From Phoronis australis (Eukaryota > Animalia > Phoronida): 64,000 nt of DNA. The notes beneath the pieces were generated by a model. The model had not been told where the DNA came from and searched no databases. It was given only the letters and a program-made list of their open reading frames with translations. Each line of letters opens with the position of its first letter. Positions within the stretch are counted from its first letter, which is position 1. Positions 1-14,447 of this stretch are shown in pieces. A program made the translations under genes and the position numbers. The stretch spans positions 4,147,180-4,211,179 of the forward strand of contig NMRA01000001.1 in NCBI GenBank assembly GCA_002633005.1, read 5' to 3'.

Positions 1-2039
1 GTATCACATATCACAACATACAAAGATTAACCAGACTCTGGCTGGCGACTGACTGCCGCGAAGTCGACATCGGCGAGTGCCTCAGTTAACAGGCATCGGT
101 AGAATAATCATGTAATAATCGTTAAAATAATCACAAACCTTACCTTTGTATGGGATCGTGCTTACTTCCTCTCATAGAAGCACCCTTTTTACGCAATCTC
201 AGATTCAGTTGGCACGGCTGCAAGCCATTTCACCATGTATTTAAAGGGCTCGCGAAATCGAGGCTGTTAATCTATCACCACTAGTACACGCACGCCCTCT
301 AGTTATTGTAGATTTTCCGAATAGCCCCATTGTCTCTTTGAACCATGGAATCAAATTACAAGCTATAAATAACATGTACTTAATATCAACTGCATTTTTC
401 TCGTGGTTCATACAAATGGCTAGATCATTGAAAATCTGATTTTGTTAGAATGATTGATTTTGTGGTTCATCAAGAACACAATTTTTGCTTGTATGTGTCA
501 TGTTGTAGTTAGTTCATATGATTCAGTGATTGGAGTGGATGATTTAACATTTTGCTTTTAAAATGGCTATGCTCAGTAGTTTTGGCGTATGATTTGTTCG
601 TATGATTATCTGGTGCTCTTGTGTCAGTTACTGAACTACATGTGAGTTAGTTGTAAAACATGTAGTTTGTGTGGTCTTGAAAATCAATAAAGCATATTTT
701 TGACATGTGTTGACTGTTTCTGTTGTACAGCCCAATAGCCTTTCTATCCATCTGTTGTATACTATTAATGATGTGATTGTCCTGTAAAGTAGTGGCTGGC
801 TTAGCGGGCTCATGATGTGTGTATGAAAGAACTACTGTACAGTCTTTTCTCCTGTGTTCATTGTTAGAGGTGTCTGAATAAATTTGTACTTGTTGAAATG
901 AAATTTCTCGAAGCATGTTGCTTTGTTGTGACATTCAGTTTTTGTTTGTTTTTCACATATGCTTATGGTTTGAGCAATGTGGAATTCACCTGTAATCTTG
1001 TTAAAAGTTAAAGCCTATTGCTTTGGGGCTAAATCAGCCAGAAGATGGCACTGTGATGGTCATTTTCCAATTGTTGCTTTGTGGAGTTAGTTCGATCATC
1101 CTTTAAAGTCCGAGAAAAATGAGCCAAATGCGTTTTAGACATGCTAAATATATGTACTTTTGTACCATTTGTTTCATTTTATATCATAGTCACTTTTTAA
1201 TTATGATGCATATTGTACCTCCCCACTGTCGCACACACTCTTCATCTTCTTGAAGATTCATCATCGCCTAGTCATCGTTGTGAGACAGCACATTTCCATT
1301 ATTTCTAACCACAGCATTGACACCTCCTGATTGTGGGTTGAGACTACGTAAAAATTCCCCCATTTGGAGCAGTTATCAATTAATTACGTTGCTGAAGGAA
1401 CGTCACCAGTCAGAAACATTGCCAACTTTGGGCATGTGTGAATTGATACCGTGATTACAAACCAAAACAGTCGTGTAATCAGACAAAGCACCCATCTAAC
1501 TCGGCAAATTAAACAGCCACACATCAAAAGAGAAGTGCGACAGTCCTAAATAAAACTGTTTATCGGCTTGGCTCGTTTAAGCGCCCGAGCATTGCATACT
1601 TAGCTCTTCTAATGTATGTCTCAGAGAGCACTGATTCAACTTTCCCGTCAGCAACAAGCCTTGCGACACATTCTTTGAACTCAAAACCGTGAAAGGGTGT
1701 ACCTAGAAATCCCCATGTGAATTGTGGTTAGCATGACTTTGGATACACGAGGCACACAAAGTTGTGCAGCCAGCATTCCTATGCGTGGTGCTATGATGAG
1801 GACGCCTTTAGATTAACTAGTATTCCCTGATTTCAAACCATGATTAATTTGGCTATCTCTTCAGACAGAGAACGATATTTCTAAAGAAATGGATTTCTTT
1901 GTAATCTTTGGGCCTGTATCACCTATTGGTTGTCCTTTTTATTTCACATTTTGCCCCCGCCCCATTAGTTTAGACTGGTCGGTGTGCTGTTAGTTGCATT
2001 GGTCACAGGCATTTTATATATGCAAATTGATCAGCTAGT

Positions 2040-3265
2040 CTACAATGCTGTCTTAGAATCTGAAAGCAATACACATTACTCATGTTGCAAGAAATGATTA
2101 GTTGTCATTGCTGACACAACATTTTACAACCTTTATGCGCCAATGGCGATACCTAAAATGACTGAAACTAAAACACAAAGTCATTTGAAAACTAGTTGGA
2201 AATTTTGCTTCAAAATTTTGCCCAAAATTTCATGCTTGTGTTGACCAATAATGCATGTATTTATTATGTTTAAAAGTCACATTGGCCCTTTTTTACTCCG
2301 ACTTAAGGTATTCTGTTGAAATTTTGTCAGTTGATCTCATCAATGGCTATCTGGATTGTCATTTGATTCTCAGTGCGATTTACCATTCTTCACGTATTTG
2401 AGATTTTCCTGTTCCTTTTCTTTCCTTGATTGCCTTCTCGCACCATTTCTACGTAGTCCATAGTTTGACTTTTTACATCTAATAAGGTTTTGTTGATCTG
2501 AAGGATGCAATTTGTTCTGAAGTAAAATTCGCTGCACATGAAACAAAATATCACAGTGGAAATTGCTGAAGAAGTTGTTTTTGTGGGAAACACGTTTTGC
2601 TGGTGGATTGTTTTTTGCCTACATTAGATGCGCTTGACGTAAACTTCATTAGACGAGCATCTGTTCATGACAACGCTTCATGTCAAAGTTTCGTTGAATG
2701 CATGAAAAGAATAATAAAACACTTTGGTGGTGAAGTTGAAATACATGTTCTGATGCCTAACTGGCATCGCACTTGTGTCGATGATAACCCTTTGGTGAAT
2801 TGCGAATGAATGTGCATATGTCAGATCAGGTAACTGGGACTCTCTTAGTCAATGCTTCATCAATTATTTGTAAAAATAAGTTCGATTTACAATTAACGCA
2901 AATACCAACAACCAAGATCTGGTTAAAACAATTTTTTAGTGTCTATGAAACATAGCATTTCTCTCTAATACTTCGTACAGTAGGTGTCCGAAGGAAAAGT
3001 AGTTAGCACACCCTTTTTGGACTGTTAAAATCAATTTGTATACCTATACAACTACACAAATCACTAAGCATCAACTGTTCGGATAATCAACACCAGAGTC
3101 GTACGTTTGCTAATGAGCTCTAACAACGCATCTTTATTGGCTATCGTGCCCCGAGCTTTCCAAATGGTCCTTGCATGGAACAGTACCATATACAGATGCT
3201 TTCATTATGAACCGTGAGTGATCATTGATCGAAACTGCAAAAGTGTCGTGCGTTGAAATATGAAA
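2040..3265 (+). mobile_element. Highly decayed hAT-like transposase remnant
   Basis: Fragmentary peptides (VDCFLPTLDALDVNFIRR and a C-terminal ..LLAI.. / ..IID.. like stretch) recall hAT transposase C-terminal regions; many disruptions; boundaries approximate. Confidence 0.35.
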
Positions 3266-4209
3266 GCACTCTGAAGAGCAACACTTGGTAAAATCAAATA
3301 AAAATTTAAAAGTGAGGTGGCTGACGAAAGCAACGACAACTGATATGAAGCGGCCTCTCGCACAGCTCTCTAAACTTTATTTGCAACACAAAACAAAAAC
3401 CAGTCCTAACATAAAATGTTGAAAAGCAGAAGAGAACACACCAGGACATCTGGTAGTTATTAAACAAACTGACTAGTGGCACAATGTGTTAGATAGCCCT
3501 TGATCAAATCTATTTACATAGCAAATTTGAAAAGGTTCGGTAAACGGATTGCAGAGCTAGAGCTCCGCAAACATAATTCGACAGCGCCATCTTGTTTCCG
3601 ATTTTAACCCAAAACAACAGTTTTCGAGTCATTCACAAACAACGTGTTTAAATTTCTTGTTGATCCGATTAGAATTGCCATCTACTATATTGGTTTTGGG
3701 CCAAATAAGTAATATTCTAGAGTTAGTGTCTGTAGCGTGTGAACAAAGAAACAAAAAAGCAAACTTTATAACAAAGCAACAAACTTGAAGATATTTCATT
3801 TCAACAAGTAACAATGTAGACTACACTTGTCGGCCCGGTCAAGTAGAGAGCTCAGTTGAGCATGCTCGCTACGGGGTTGTCAGTCTCAAAGACATAAAGC
3901 CTGTGGATCAAAAGTTACCGCAAAGGCATCGCTCAAAAGGAAGTATTTGCTCACTATTCTATTTAAAGTACCAATCGTTTTTACTGTGGATGTTTTTATT
4001 GGACCTGGCACTCGTGGTTGCTGGAATAATTTATTCAGATATATTTATTTTGTTTTTTGGTTGTACTCACCCTTACTCAATCTAACTGAACTCCTCATAG
4101 CACCGGAGAATAATCTGAGGTGCATGTTTCAAGCTCTGATCTTGTCCAATTTTTGATGAACAATTCCGACTTCGGCCTGTTTACTTGCTGCTATAATTTG
4201 GGTTTGACT

Positions 4210-4321
4210 TTGATATGTGCTGACTACCGGGGGTGCCAAATGCACTGATTTCACAACATAAACAATTGATATGTGCTGACTACCGGGGGTGCCAAATGCA
4301 CTGATTTCACAACATAAACAA
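4210..4321. repeat. Direct tandem duplication, 2 x 56 nt
   Basis: ttgatatgtgctgactaccgggggtgcc...aacataaacaa starts at 4210 and again at 4266. Confidence 0.95.
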
Positions 4322-6079
4322 ATAATTGTAAACTAAAGGTATTGAATATAGGAAAAAAATTATTAGTATAGGCTTTGGAAGTCGCCACAACTTTTGAATC
4401 ACATTTCAAGTGTATTAGTGTTCTGATTTTGATTCCTGCTGTGGTGACTTCATGGTGACTTGGGATTTTTCGTAGGTCGCCAAACACAATCTGAAGTCAC
4501 ATTGGCTAGGTGCAGGCCTCCAAATCAAGCACTCGGGACTTCCACTGTTGCGATGCCCTTTTTTGGTTTGTAGCCTTTGCAAACCTACGTGCTTATCGTG
4601 TGCTTTAGCGTAGTTACCATTTTGCTGGTTTACGTTTCCATAGATTTTATGGGCAATACACACTTACAGGAGTCCTGGACTTGGAGAACCATTGTGATGC
4701 CCGTTATTCAGTGGAGAAAACTGGTTCTTAAAATGTGGGGAAACTTGTGACCATTACCATTTTAGGTAGTTAAATTCAGGATTCACCCTCCTGTTAGAAT
4801 ACTGCTTATCCCTACAATCTTTGACAGCTGCTAGCTTTCCTCTGCTTGCCATGGGTTTCTTCTGTACTTTGCAGAGAAACATTGGGGCACATTGTTCATT
4901 TTTCAAATTTCTGTCCATTTATTGGTCATTGAATAAAAAGAATGTGTGTGGTTTCAGTTACCTTGAAAACTGCTGTTATGAGTTTTAGCTTTTTATTTTC
5001 AGCACTCTGATTGAAGTTCCGTTCTATTTTGTAGATGCCAAATAGTGTACAGGGTTGAAGTTTGCTAAATTCTCAAGGTCAGTATTGCAAGTTCCATTAC
5101 CCAAGAGGCCAGATCACTAGATGACTGAATTCTAATGCATCATACCAAAGAGGCAGTTGCCCAAGTGCAAGTTACCCTTATTACCTAAACGTGCTTGTTG
5201 TAAACCTGCCACCCACATTATGTCTGAAGTGTTAGTCACTTGGCACATGCGTTGCTAGAGGAAAGACTGTACTCACTAGCACAGCTTGTCTTCTTGATAT
5301 AGTGGTTTGCGCTAAGGCAAGTTGAACAGGCCCTAACGCACACCGCAGTTCATTTGCCAAGCTGGTGTCAAACTGTGCAACTTTTGTCCGCAGGGACAGT
5401 TGTGCCAGATCATCTTTTTCTTGGGGTAATTGGCACCAGGATAAGTGGCCATCTGTACACAACTAAACTGATGAGCCTCAGTTGTGCCCTAGTGCAAGTT
5501 ATCCCAGGAATAAAATATGTGAGTTCAAACGTCCTTATGGAGAAAAGTTGGCGGCGCAAGCTGAAGCTTGCGTGAAGGTGGAAGTTATCAGCTCCTTGCT
5601 TGCTCTGCTGTGCTTAAATGCAAACACTTCACTCTCATTATACATGCACTGAGTGAACATGCTGGTTGCCTAATTTCTGACTTAATAGTAGTGCTTAACT
5701 AATTCATCTAGGTGGACCTTCAGCTAATTACTGGCAAGTTTCCTCGGGAATATCTTGCACTTGTTTAACTGCTTTATTTGACACGGCTAATGCCTCAATC
5801 TTGTGAAAAATTAATAATAGTGCCGTGCTTCACGCGACCATGATACATGTGTTTGAGTGAATGTAAGGTTCATTTTCCTGATACTCATGGTGAAATGCAA
5901 TATTTAAAATTGGCATGGGAATAGCTGATGAGAACGGGAGTGTATCACGGAAACAAAGAACGGGCAACTCACTTCTTGACAGAGCAACATCTGTGGTAAA
6001 TTTTGTTTTGCTGAATAATGACAAAGCAAAGAGACTAATTTTATCTTGTACAAGACTAAAAAGTAAAAAATAATAACTA

Positions 6080-7493
6080 CAGTATTCGCCCTAATAAGCG
6101 CCCATGTGCGTATAAGCATCCCCACGCATTTTCAGACTTTGCTAAAATAAGTGCCCAGTCCATGAATGCCGTGTACATGTGAAAAATGCCTTACCTACAG
6201 TTCTAAAATTGTACAGTAACGTCTTCAATTTATCAATAAGATCCGACAGTCCTGAAAAAAATCATGGTGCGCGGAATTTGTTGACCACGAGCCTCGCCGC
6301 TATGTTGGTATTTAGCCGTGACTCTTCCGCCGAGCTTCAAAAACAACGCAAAAGTTTTGCTGATCTTGCAATGGATGTGTCCTATTGTGGTCTGGCCTTT
6401 CAGAACAGACGCAGCATACTTGTCAACGGGATTGTATTATATGTTTCCCCGTACAGATCTTCTCCCTCAACAGGAATCCAAATTTCTTTGTATACGTGAA
6501 AACCACGAATCGAAGACTAATAAAAATTTGACCTTTGTTAAAAGTAGGTGGCCAGGAAGCCCGCGCTGCATATACGTACCTGTCATCGAACATTAGTCTT
6601 CGGGAACTATCTATTCACGAAACGGGTAGCATAGCATCGATAAAAAATAAATACTGGTACTTATTTCCAAAAAACGCTTGCGTTTTAGGAGGAATTATTA
6701 AATTAATCGTAATTGGTGTTTTTAAAGTCGATTATTTTGATGATAGTGAACACTTCCGCACCCTTACACCCCCCCGAATCTCCCGAAAAATAACTGTTAG
6801 ACTGTCACACTTCCAGTCACCCGCCGACTCAATATCGGCCTTACCGAGACAATTCATGAAAATTTTTTAGCAGATGAGATCAACAAGTGGTAATAAAACA
6901 CGTTCTGCTTTACTGCTTGTGTTCTTTAGTTGTAATGCACACCTAGATTGCTACATTTGCTCTGGCAAATGAACTCTGATGACACGAATGTGCTCGCTCA
7001 CACACACGCAGACGAACTTCAAAACAAACATCACGTGACATCTTGCGGAGTATGATCTAGCCCAGACTTGGACTTATTATGCAGTTAATCCCGACTCCAC
7101 AGGAACTTAAAAATGTTAGGGACGCTATTTTGAAAACTTAATGAGGACTTCAAGTAATTTGTTGAGTCGAAACTATATTTTTACTCAAGAATTCAAATTG
7201 ATCTATCAGTGATCGCGAGGCAACGACGCATCAGTTGGCGAGTGTTCACACTGGGATTTTCCTGAGAAATGCTCGTAATTTAACTACAAAGTTTGATAGC
7301 AATGCACTGCTATTTTGTAGAAAATCTGTCATAGGTTACACGGATACGTCACAGAGCGTAAATTTGATGAATTCTAGCTTATGATTTCACCTGTTTCGGA
7401 GACCAGGTTTCAACCACTTTGGGCTATAATAACTCCTCCCTTCCTGAAGCGAATTTTTCTAAGCACCCAGGGTGCTTATTAGGGCGAATACAG
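6080..7493. mobile_element. Non-autonomous TIR DNA transposon (Tc1/mariner-pogo-like, TA-flanked), copy 1, carrying a decayed HIRAN-like ORF
   Basis: TA|CAGTATTCGCCCTAATAAGCGCCC ... GGGTGCTTATTAGGGCGAATACAG|TA; interior is homologous to 10406-11720 and 14448-15488. Confidence 0.88.
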
Positions 7494-8466
7494 TAAGTAT
7501 ATTTTTATTTGGTTAAATATTGTATTTTGGTGGGTGTGCTGGATGTATGTGACGGTACCTATTTAGCATATGTCTATCATGAGATTTCTGATGTCAGGGT
7601 TTTCCCAGGGATTAAAAATTTTGGTGATTAGTTAAAAAACAATATGCATTTTAATTGGATTCGTGACACATCAACGGTTTTAGCACCCTTTGGTGTGGCA
7701 GAAATACAGCACCATGATGTCAAGGAGTTGGCCTTGGATCCCAACAGGTCAACTATCTGCAGTGGTTCAGATGGATAATTCTTTGGATAGCTGCGACCTT
7801 TACATGATTGCACAAAACTGATGTTTGTGACCTCGACATAGAATTATAATGCTGCAACACAGTGATGAAAATGAATTTTTCATGTAACTAAACGATAAAA
7901 TTTCTTGGAATATCATTTCGTTCGACGTGTAATGGTTTTGGTAATCTTATTTTTATATCTGAGCAAAAAATGTCTGAATTTCCATAGTAGACGAGACTTC
8001 TTGTTTTCTTAAATTGCGTGAAACATCGGTTGAATTTACTAACAAAAGCATAGCTTGCTTGTGTTTAAGGCAATGTCATCATGAAAACAGTTATATGGCA
8101 TTTCTTTGCCCCTCAAGAAAAACTTAAACAAATAAATGCCATGGCAGAGAGTTATTTTAGAACAATAAAATACCAGTAAGTGCTGTGAAGTTATTTTTAC
8201 CTCTATTCCGAGGTATCCAGTAAGTACTAGGCAACCATCAATTTAAGCAAATATTTGGAAATTCCATTATGACATCAACAACTTGACAACTCAACAACCA
8301 AACAACGTACAGATCCACTGCACTCAACTAGCATTTTATGTGCCCACATATTTGTATGTGGGTGAATATTGCAGTCATCTCTGTCTGGGTATCCGGTGTG
8401 TTTTATGTAACTATGTTAATAGTGCTCTAAAACTTATCGTTTGCGTAAGTTGTCAAGATATTCGAA

Positions 8467-8618
8467 GCAGCTGCGTTTTACGTTTTAAATGCAGTTGCAT
8501 TTTACGTTTTAAATGCAGCTGCATTTTACGTTTTAAATGCAGCTGCATTTTACGTTTTAAATGCAGCTGCATTTTACGTTTTAAATGCAGCTGCATTTTA
8601 CGTTTTAAATGCAGCTGC
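8467..8618. repeat. Minisatellite, about 6.3 x 24 nt, palindromic unit
   Basis: Unit gcagctgcattttacgttttaaat; contains the 16-nt palindrome AAATGCAGCTGCATTT. Confidence 0.97.
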
Positions 8619-10405
8619 AAAGAATGTATGTCTCTGTTTTTTTTCAATTTAGGGATATTATTCTTGGCATTTAAAATAAAAGTTGTTGCAATTTTCCTTA
8701 CTTTAATGGTCGATTAATGTCTTGAAAATAAATCAATAAAAAATTCTGAAAATCGATTGTTCTTTCCGGGTTTGGTGACTGTTTAGCATAATTTTTTTAG
8801 ATTTGGATATCAGGACCATTTTCAATGAAATAAGTCAAACCTCAGAACGCGTATGCTGAAAACGTGAATGGACTTAAACACAACTTAAGTAGAGCGATAG
8901 AGTGGCTGCGATGTTCGGCTAAGTTACCCAATTTTCTTCATTTAACCTACTCTTGTTCTGCAGAAAATGGAAAGATCTGTTACTCAAAAAACCATGTGTT
9001 GCATGCTTATGATTGATGTGACAATTCAAAATCTTATTTCTGTCATTTTCTTTTTTAAAAAATTGGCTGATTAACACTGAATAACCGGTCGACGTAGCTT
9101 ATTGGGAGTTGATTGTCCGAAGCAGTTTCATCAGATTCACCACACTTTCTTATGAAACTGCTTCTGTATTTATGATGTTTTTTGCGAAATTAGCTGTAGA
9201 AAACTGAGAACAATTGTTGATTAATTGTTGAATTTACATTATATATATGTACATGACATATACTGTCGGTATCCGGTCTCAGTTTGTCGCTTCTGTATTC
9301 ATAGAAATGACGAATTCACTGTTATAATTCTCTGGTATGTTTTTATCTCAAACGTTTTTTCTAACTTTCTAACTACACTGTGGCCGTCAGGTCTGTTCTT
9401 AGTTTATGATTGGAGAATTGAAGGACTGAAGCATTGGTGATGAAAATTCCAACTGTGATTATAAAACATCATTACTTCAAAGCAGATTCAAGAGACTAAT
9501 GAAAGTTAGTGTTTATGGGCCTAAGAACTTCAATTGCCCATCTCATTTATCTGTTCAACTGGTATTAAGCCAGATGTAAACCACTGGAAATAGAGAATTT
9601 CAAAAAGGGTTGCTCCCGTTTTTAAATTCCTGGCAGGTGATGATAGCATGCACAGATTTTCTATATAGGGTGGGTAAGGGCAGCATCCAACCCCCCCCCT
9701 CCGGATTCGCCTTTATTTAAATGAGGCGCTATCAAGAGTAGGGAAACTGGTCATCACAATCCCCCCTGGTTGCCACAGTTTCCAAGCTACTCCTTCGGGT
9801 TTGCCACAGTTCCTTCGTTGTGACAAATTTTCAGGTCACCCTTGCAAAAAAGGATGTTGATAGGCCATAATGCTCTTTCATGATGAGATGGAGGGTAGGC
9901 TTTCACCTAGAGTGTGTCCAATGGACACCTTGAGTCAGATTTAGACACCCCAGTTGGGACACCCCGTTCAGCATTTGGACAAAGTGCTCAGCATTTGGCA
10001 CCCTCATATGTTATTGGTCATGGATGCCACAAGAAATTGAGAAAGCCCATATTTAATGCATAATCTGTCACTCTGAATGACTGAATTGAGTCTTGTTTGT
10101 TTTGCTAGTGCAGTACATGTATGTGATGTAAACAAAGTTTGGAATCCACATGAAACTACAAGAGAGTTGAACTATTTTGTGTGTGGCATCTTGAAGAATG
10201 TCGTGGGAAAGTTACCCTATGTGACTTGAAGAAACTCAGACTTTCAGCACACCTAAAGCAATAACTGTTCAGTATAGGATGGCCTGTGCACAGCTGCTTA
10301 TGGCTGTGACTGACATCGAGCTATGAACAGGATTCTTGGTAGTTTCCCATCCATAAGTTTATCATGGTGCCTATGCGTTTATGAAACTGACATACCCCTA
10401 TCAGT

Positions 10406-11720
10406 ACCCCCACGCATTTTCAGACTTCGCTGAAATAAGCACCCAGCCCATGAAAGTGTACTTGCGAAAAATGCCTTACCTACAGGTCTGAAATTCTACA
10501 ATAACGTCTTCAATTTATCAACAGGATCCGACAATTTTCAAGAAATCATTGTGTATGGAATTTCTAGACCAGCAGTCTTGCCGCTATGTTGATATTCAGC
10601 TGTGACTATATACTTCAAACTTCCGCCGTGCTTCAAAAAGAATGAAAAAGTTTTGCTGATCTTGCGAGGAACGTGTCCCACTGATGGTCTGACCGTTCAG
10701 AGCAGACACAGCGTGCAGACTCCGTATGTTCTCCCTCAACAAGATTCCAAATTACTTTCAACAAGTGAAAACTGTGAATTGAAGACTGATAAAAAACTTC
10801 AAAACATGTGGCCAGGAAGCGCGCTACATACCTGTCATGGCAGACGTTAGTATTCGGGAACTATCCATCCAACCGATAGGATAGCATCAGCAAGAAATAA
10901 ATATTAACACTAATTTCTAAAAATTCTAGTAGTGTAAAAAAATTGCATTATTTTGAGGAGGAATTATTTAATTAATCATAATTGGTGTTTTTAAAGTCAA
11001 ATATGAAAAAATGACCCACTGATTGTGAACGCCTCTGCACCCTTACACCCATCCAGTCACCCGGCGACTCAATGACATTTAATATCGGCCTTACCGAGAC
11101 AGTTCTCAAACGTTTTTTAGCAGATGAGACCAGCAAGTGCTAAATAAAACACGTTCCGCTTCATTGCACGTGTTAATTTCTTTAGTTACAATGCACACCT
11201 AGATGTAACATTGCATTTACTGTGGCAAATGAACTCTGATGACAAGCGTGCGCTCGGTCCCTCACATGCAGATGAACAGCCAAACAAACGTCACGTGACG
11301 ACAACGTGTGTTCATCCAGAGATTTTTCTCATGTTGTGGAGTATGATCTATCGCAGAAGCAGAATTAACCTTTAATCCTGAATCTGCAGCAACTTAAAAA
11401 TCTTAGGGACGCTATTTGGAAAGCTTAAGGAGGATTTATGGTAATTTGTTGAGTCGAAACTATTTTTGTTCAAGAATTCAAATTGCCCTTTTTACAATTG
11501 CAAGGCAGTGACGCATCAGTCAGCAAGTTTTCGCCCAGGGACAGGGATTTTAGCAAAATTTTCTGTAAAATGGTGGTAATTTAACTACAAAGTTTGATAA
11601 CAATGCACCACAATTTTGATGAAAGTTACAGGTACGTCAAAGAGCATAAATTTGATGAATCCTATCTTCCAATTTCACCGATTTCGGAGACCGACTTTCA
11701 ACCGTCTTAGGCTACAGTAA
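10406..11720. mobile_element. Copy 2 of the same TIR element, termini lost
   Basis: Colinear similarity with 6120-7430 (cccacgcattttcagactt...; gaactctgatgac...; ttaactacaaagtttgata...). Confidence 0.85.
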
Positions 11721-14447
11721 ACGCCGCGCTGCTTTGCTTTGTTGCTGGTGGCTAAAGTGCCTTGCCAGCCAAAGTTTTAATCCTGGTGCAGCAATTTTTA
11801 AACTTGACGCGCCTTGCCCAAACTCGTCGCAGCAAAATCCCAACTCGTTACCGCAACAAGTCAAAACAGGTCATGGAGAACACTGACCGAGACAGTTTTT
11901 CTATCTGGCTAAAATGCTAGCTTTTTCGCTGGTGTTTTAGCAGTTAAATTGGTAGTGTTTTCGCCACGTGTGAATCTATTGAAAAAACCCTAGTCCGCAT
12001 CATATTGCAGCGTTTTGTGTCAATACCATGCCTGTCAACAACACTCGACTGCAAAGCTGTTGATGTTGATTCTTGATCATGCCCTGATTAAACAGAACCC
12101 TGACCAGCATTACCTTATAAACAAGTCATAAGTTGCTGTGTCACTCAAGTGCTATAACATTTGTTTTTCATGTTCTACAAGGACAGTGCTCAACGTATTA
12201 CTACTGTTTTCCCAGTGTTTTCGTTTTATTGTGAGTAAAGTGAGATTCTCGGAAGTAGGCAAGCAACCCTTAAAGTGACATTTTGGGGAGAAGTGATTTC
12301 CAAGATCGACCTCAGCGCCAACTCGAACCCACAACCCTAGTGGTGTAGCTCAACCTCACTCAATAAATGGGAGGAATTTGAAACCTATTAAATTGATTTC
12401 ACTGACTGCCAGCCAACAGAATTGACAATTTGTAATAAAATCACACAAATTGAACAGATTTTTGTTATTTTGCAACTCTGTCCAATGCTAGGAACTTCAA
12501 GAAATCTATCTCATCAAATTATCCCAAAAATCTGTTTTTCGGCCATATACCTTATGATGCCCTTAACATCTGCTACCTTCAACTCATCCAAGGTCTTCTG
12601 TTATGCCAGATGACACTAATCAGATTCGCAGAAAACAGGTATTAGAACACTACCATTTGTTCGAAGACACAAGCGTGCACCTGGGCAGTTTTGACTGCCT
12701 GTGACACAGTGGCAGTATCGTCGTCAGAATGTCTGGGTCTACACTCTGTGCTTCTGTTGAGTTGCAAGGCTACTGAAAATATTTGCAATCTGCTTCGATG
12801 TACATCGTTCTTTAAGCGTGAATCGCAATGGGCCATTGCCTTTCTTCTCTGTGCTCGTTTGTTTAGCAAACCGTATGTGATCAATCTCATGACTTATAAG
12901 TTGCGTTTACAAATTACGCCCCACTCTCCAAATCACCTACAGACTGCGTTACCACACCCTTTGTGTTTCCAATGCAGTAAACCTAACCTGGTGGACATGG
13001 TTACAGGCGCTTTACTTTCTAGCAAAGATTTACATGCTCAATGCACTCAGCTTGTCTTTATGAATATTGTTGACTAGCTGCTTGGCTGAGGCATACCTTG
13101 TTGCCAGAATTCCATTAGTGTCCGTAAGACAAAATCACCTCTCCTAGCCTAGTTTTGGGATAACAAGGTCTTTAAATGCTATTCTCCCATGTCACCTTTT
13201 GACCAGTTTAGGTAGGAGCCCTCGTCAAATGCTCTAATTTAAACCATCTTCACATCGGCTTTCATTCTTTCTGATCTTCTCACCAACGTTAAAACCCAGC
13301 CCTATTCAATTCTCCAACTGTTTGGGTGGCCGCCTGCATTTTTGCGACTGAACACAGGAACCACCGAGTCAGTTTGAGTTATCTATCTCAGTGGCAGAAA
13401 CTCCAGCCCACATTTTGCGGCATAAACCAAGCCTGTTGGATTACATATTTTAAGTTATTTTTATGTTTTGTTTTAGAACACAACAGTCATCAAAATTAAA
13501 GTTGTACTCGTAAGCTTTTCGCTGCCTGTGAGTCCATATTTGTGAACAGTTAAATTGACCAAAAAGTGTAATTAAGAAGCCCATTAATTTTCTGCTTTGA
13601 TTTTCAATTAACATTTAATTGACATGTGCAGGTGTTATAACCCTAGCTTGCTAAAGGTAAATTAAGACTTATTCAGCTGGTGTGATATCATACGCAGCTT
13701 GATCATCACTATCGATTTGTGAAAGTGTTGTTGCAACCATTGTGGCACTAGAATAACTGCTATAAGAAAATGGCCAAAACGATCAGTAAAAGACTGGAGC
13801 AAAATGCAGCTACTAACAAGTGATTGAGATAACTCCTAAGAGCTGAGCCCGTGTGAGTTTAGCCATTAATTCATAAAGAGCTCGCAGTCGGACTACATTT
13901 TCAAGGGTATTGGGGTTTCTCTCCAAAAATGGATAGGGATATGCCTCCATGAAGTTACATTCCAAAGAATGCAAATACCCTGGTCGATGGAAAAATGATA
14001 CACCAGAGAATTCCGAACGTTGAAAAAAATCCGGATAATACAGTGTTGTAAAATTCCGATATGCAAATGCCTTAATCGATTACAACGTTTACAAAAATAG
14101 TAACTTATAGTGGTCACAGTCACTCCCATGTGTTTCTTTTTGTGCCTTCTGTTTGTGGCAGTATGAAACAGGTGAAAGTGGTGAAAGTGCCTTCGCCAAA
14201 GTGCTTTTGCTGATTAACATGGGTGCTAGCTGCTGAAGTAATGATCTCATGTCAAAATGAAGGCTGTGGCTATCACAAAATCGATGTGGGCATGGTGAGA
14301 GGCATGTGGCTATGATTACGGTCATGGTGTTCGATGTTAGCTTGCGTTTGTAACTGTCTTCGGTGGTTGGAGGTAACACCTTTAAAAACTTGGAAATATC
14401 AGAATTAATCGTTCTGATTTGCTGTTGACATTTTCATAAACAAGATA

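Noticed and set aside
139-237. Minus-strand exon ending in AAG|gtaagg near the CpG-rich window start
   Set aside because: Both nearby ATGs hit stops before the donor. It could be a non-coding first exon of a neighbouring gene, but this cannot be supported from the window.
380-960. Strand-biased stretch resembling a decayed LINE (similar stretches at about 21950-22440 and 33400-33800)
   Set aside because: Composition is suggestive but no unambiguous RT or endonuclease motif could be read.
1392-1421. Hammerhead-like CTGAAGG...GAAACATT
   Set aside because: The core box is mutated and stem II does not pair convincingly.
8283-8717. 144-aa ORF with CSCILRFK repeats (and antisense MQLHLKRK repeats)
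   Set aside because: Open only because the 24-nt minisatellite unit lacks stops; no splice or homology support.
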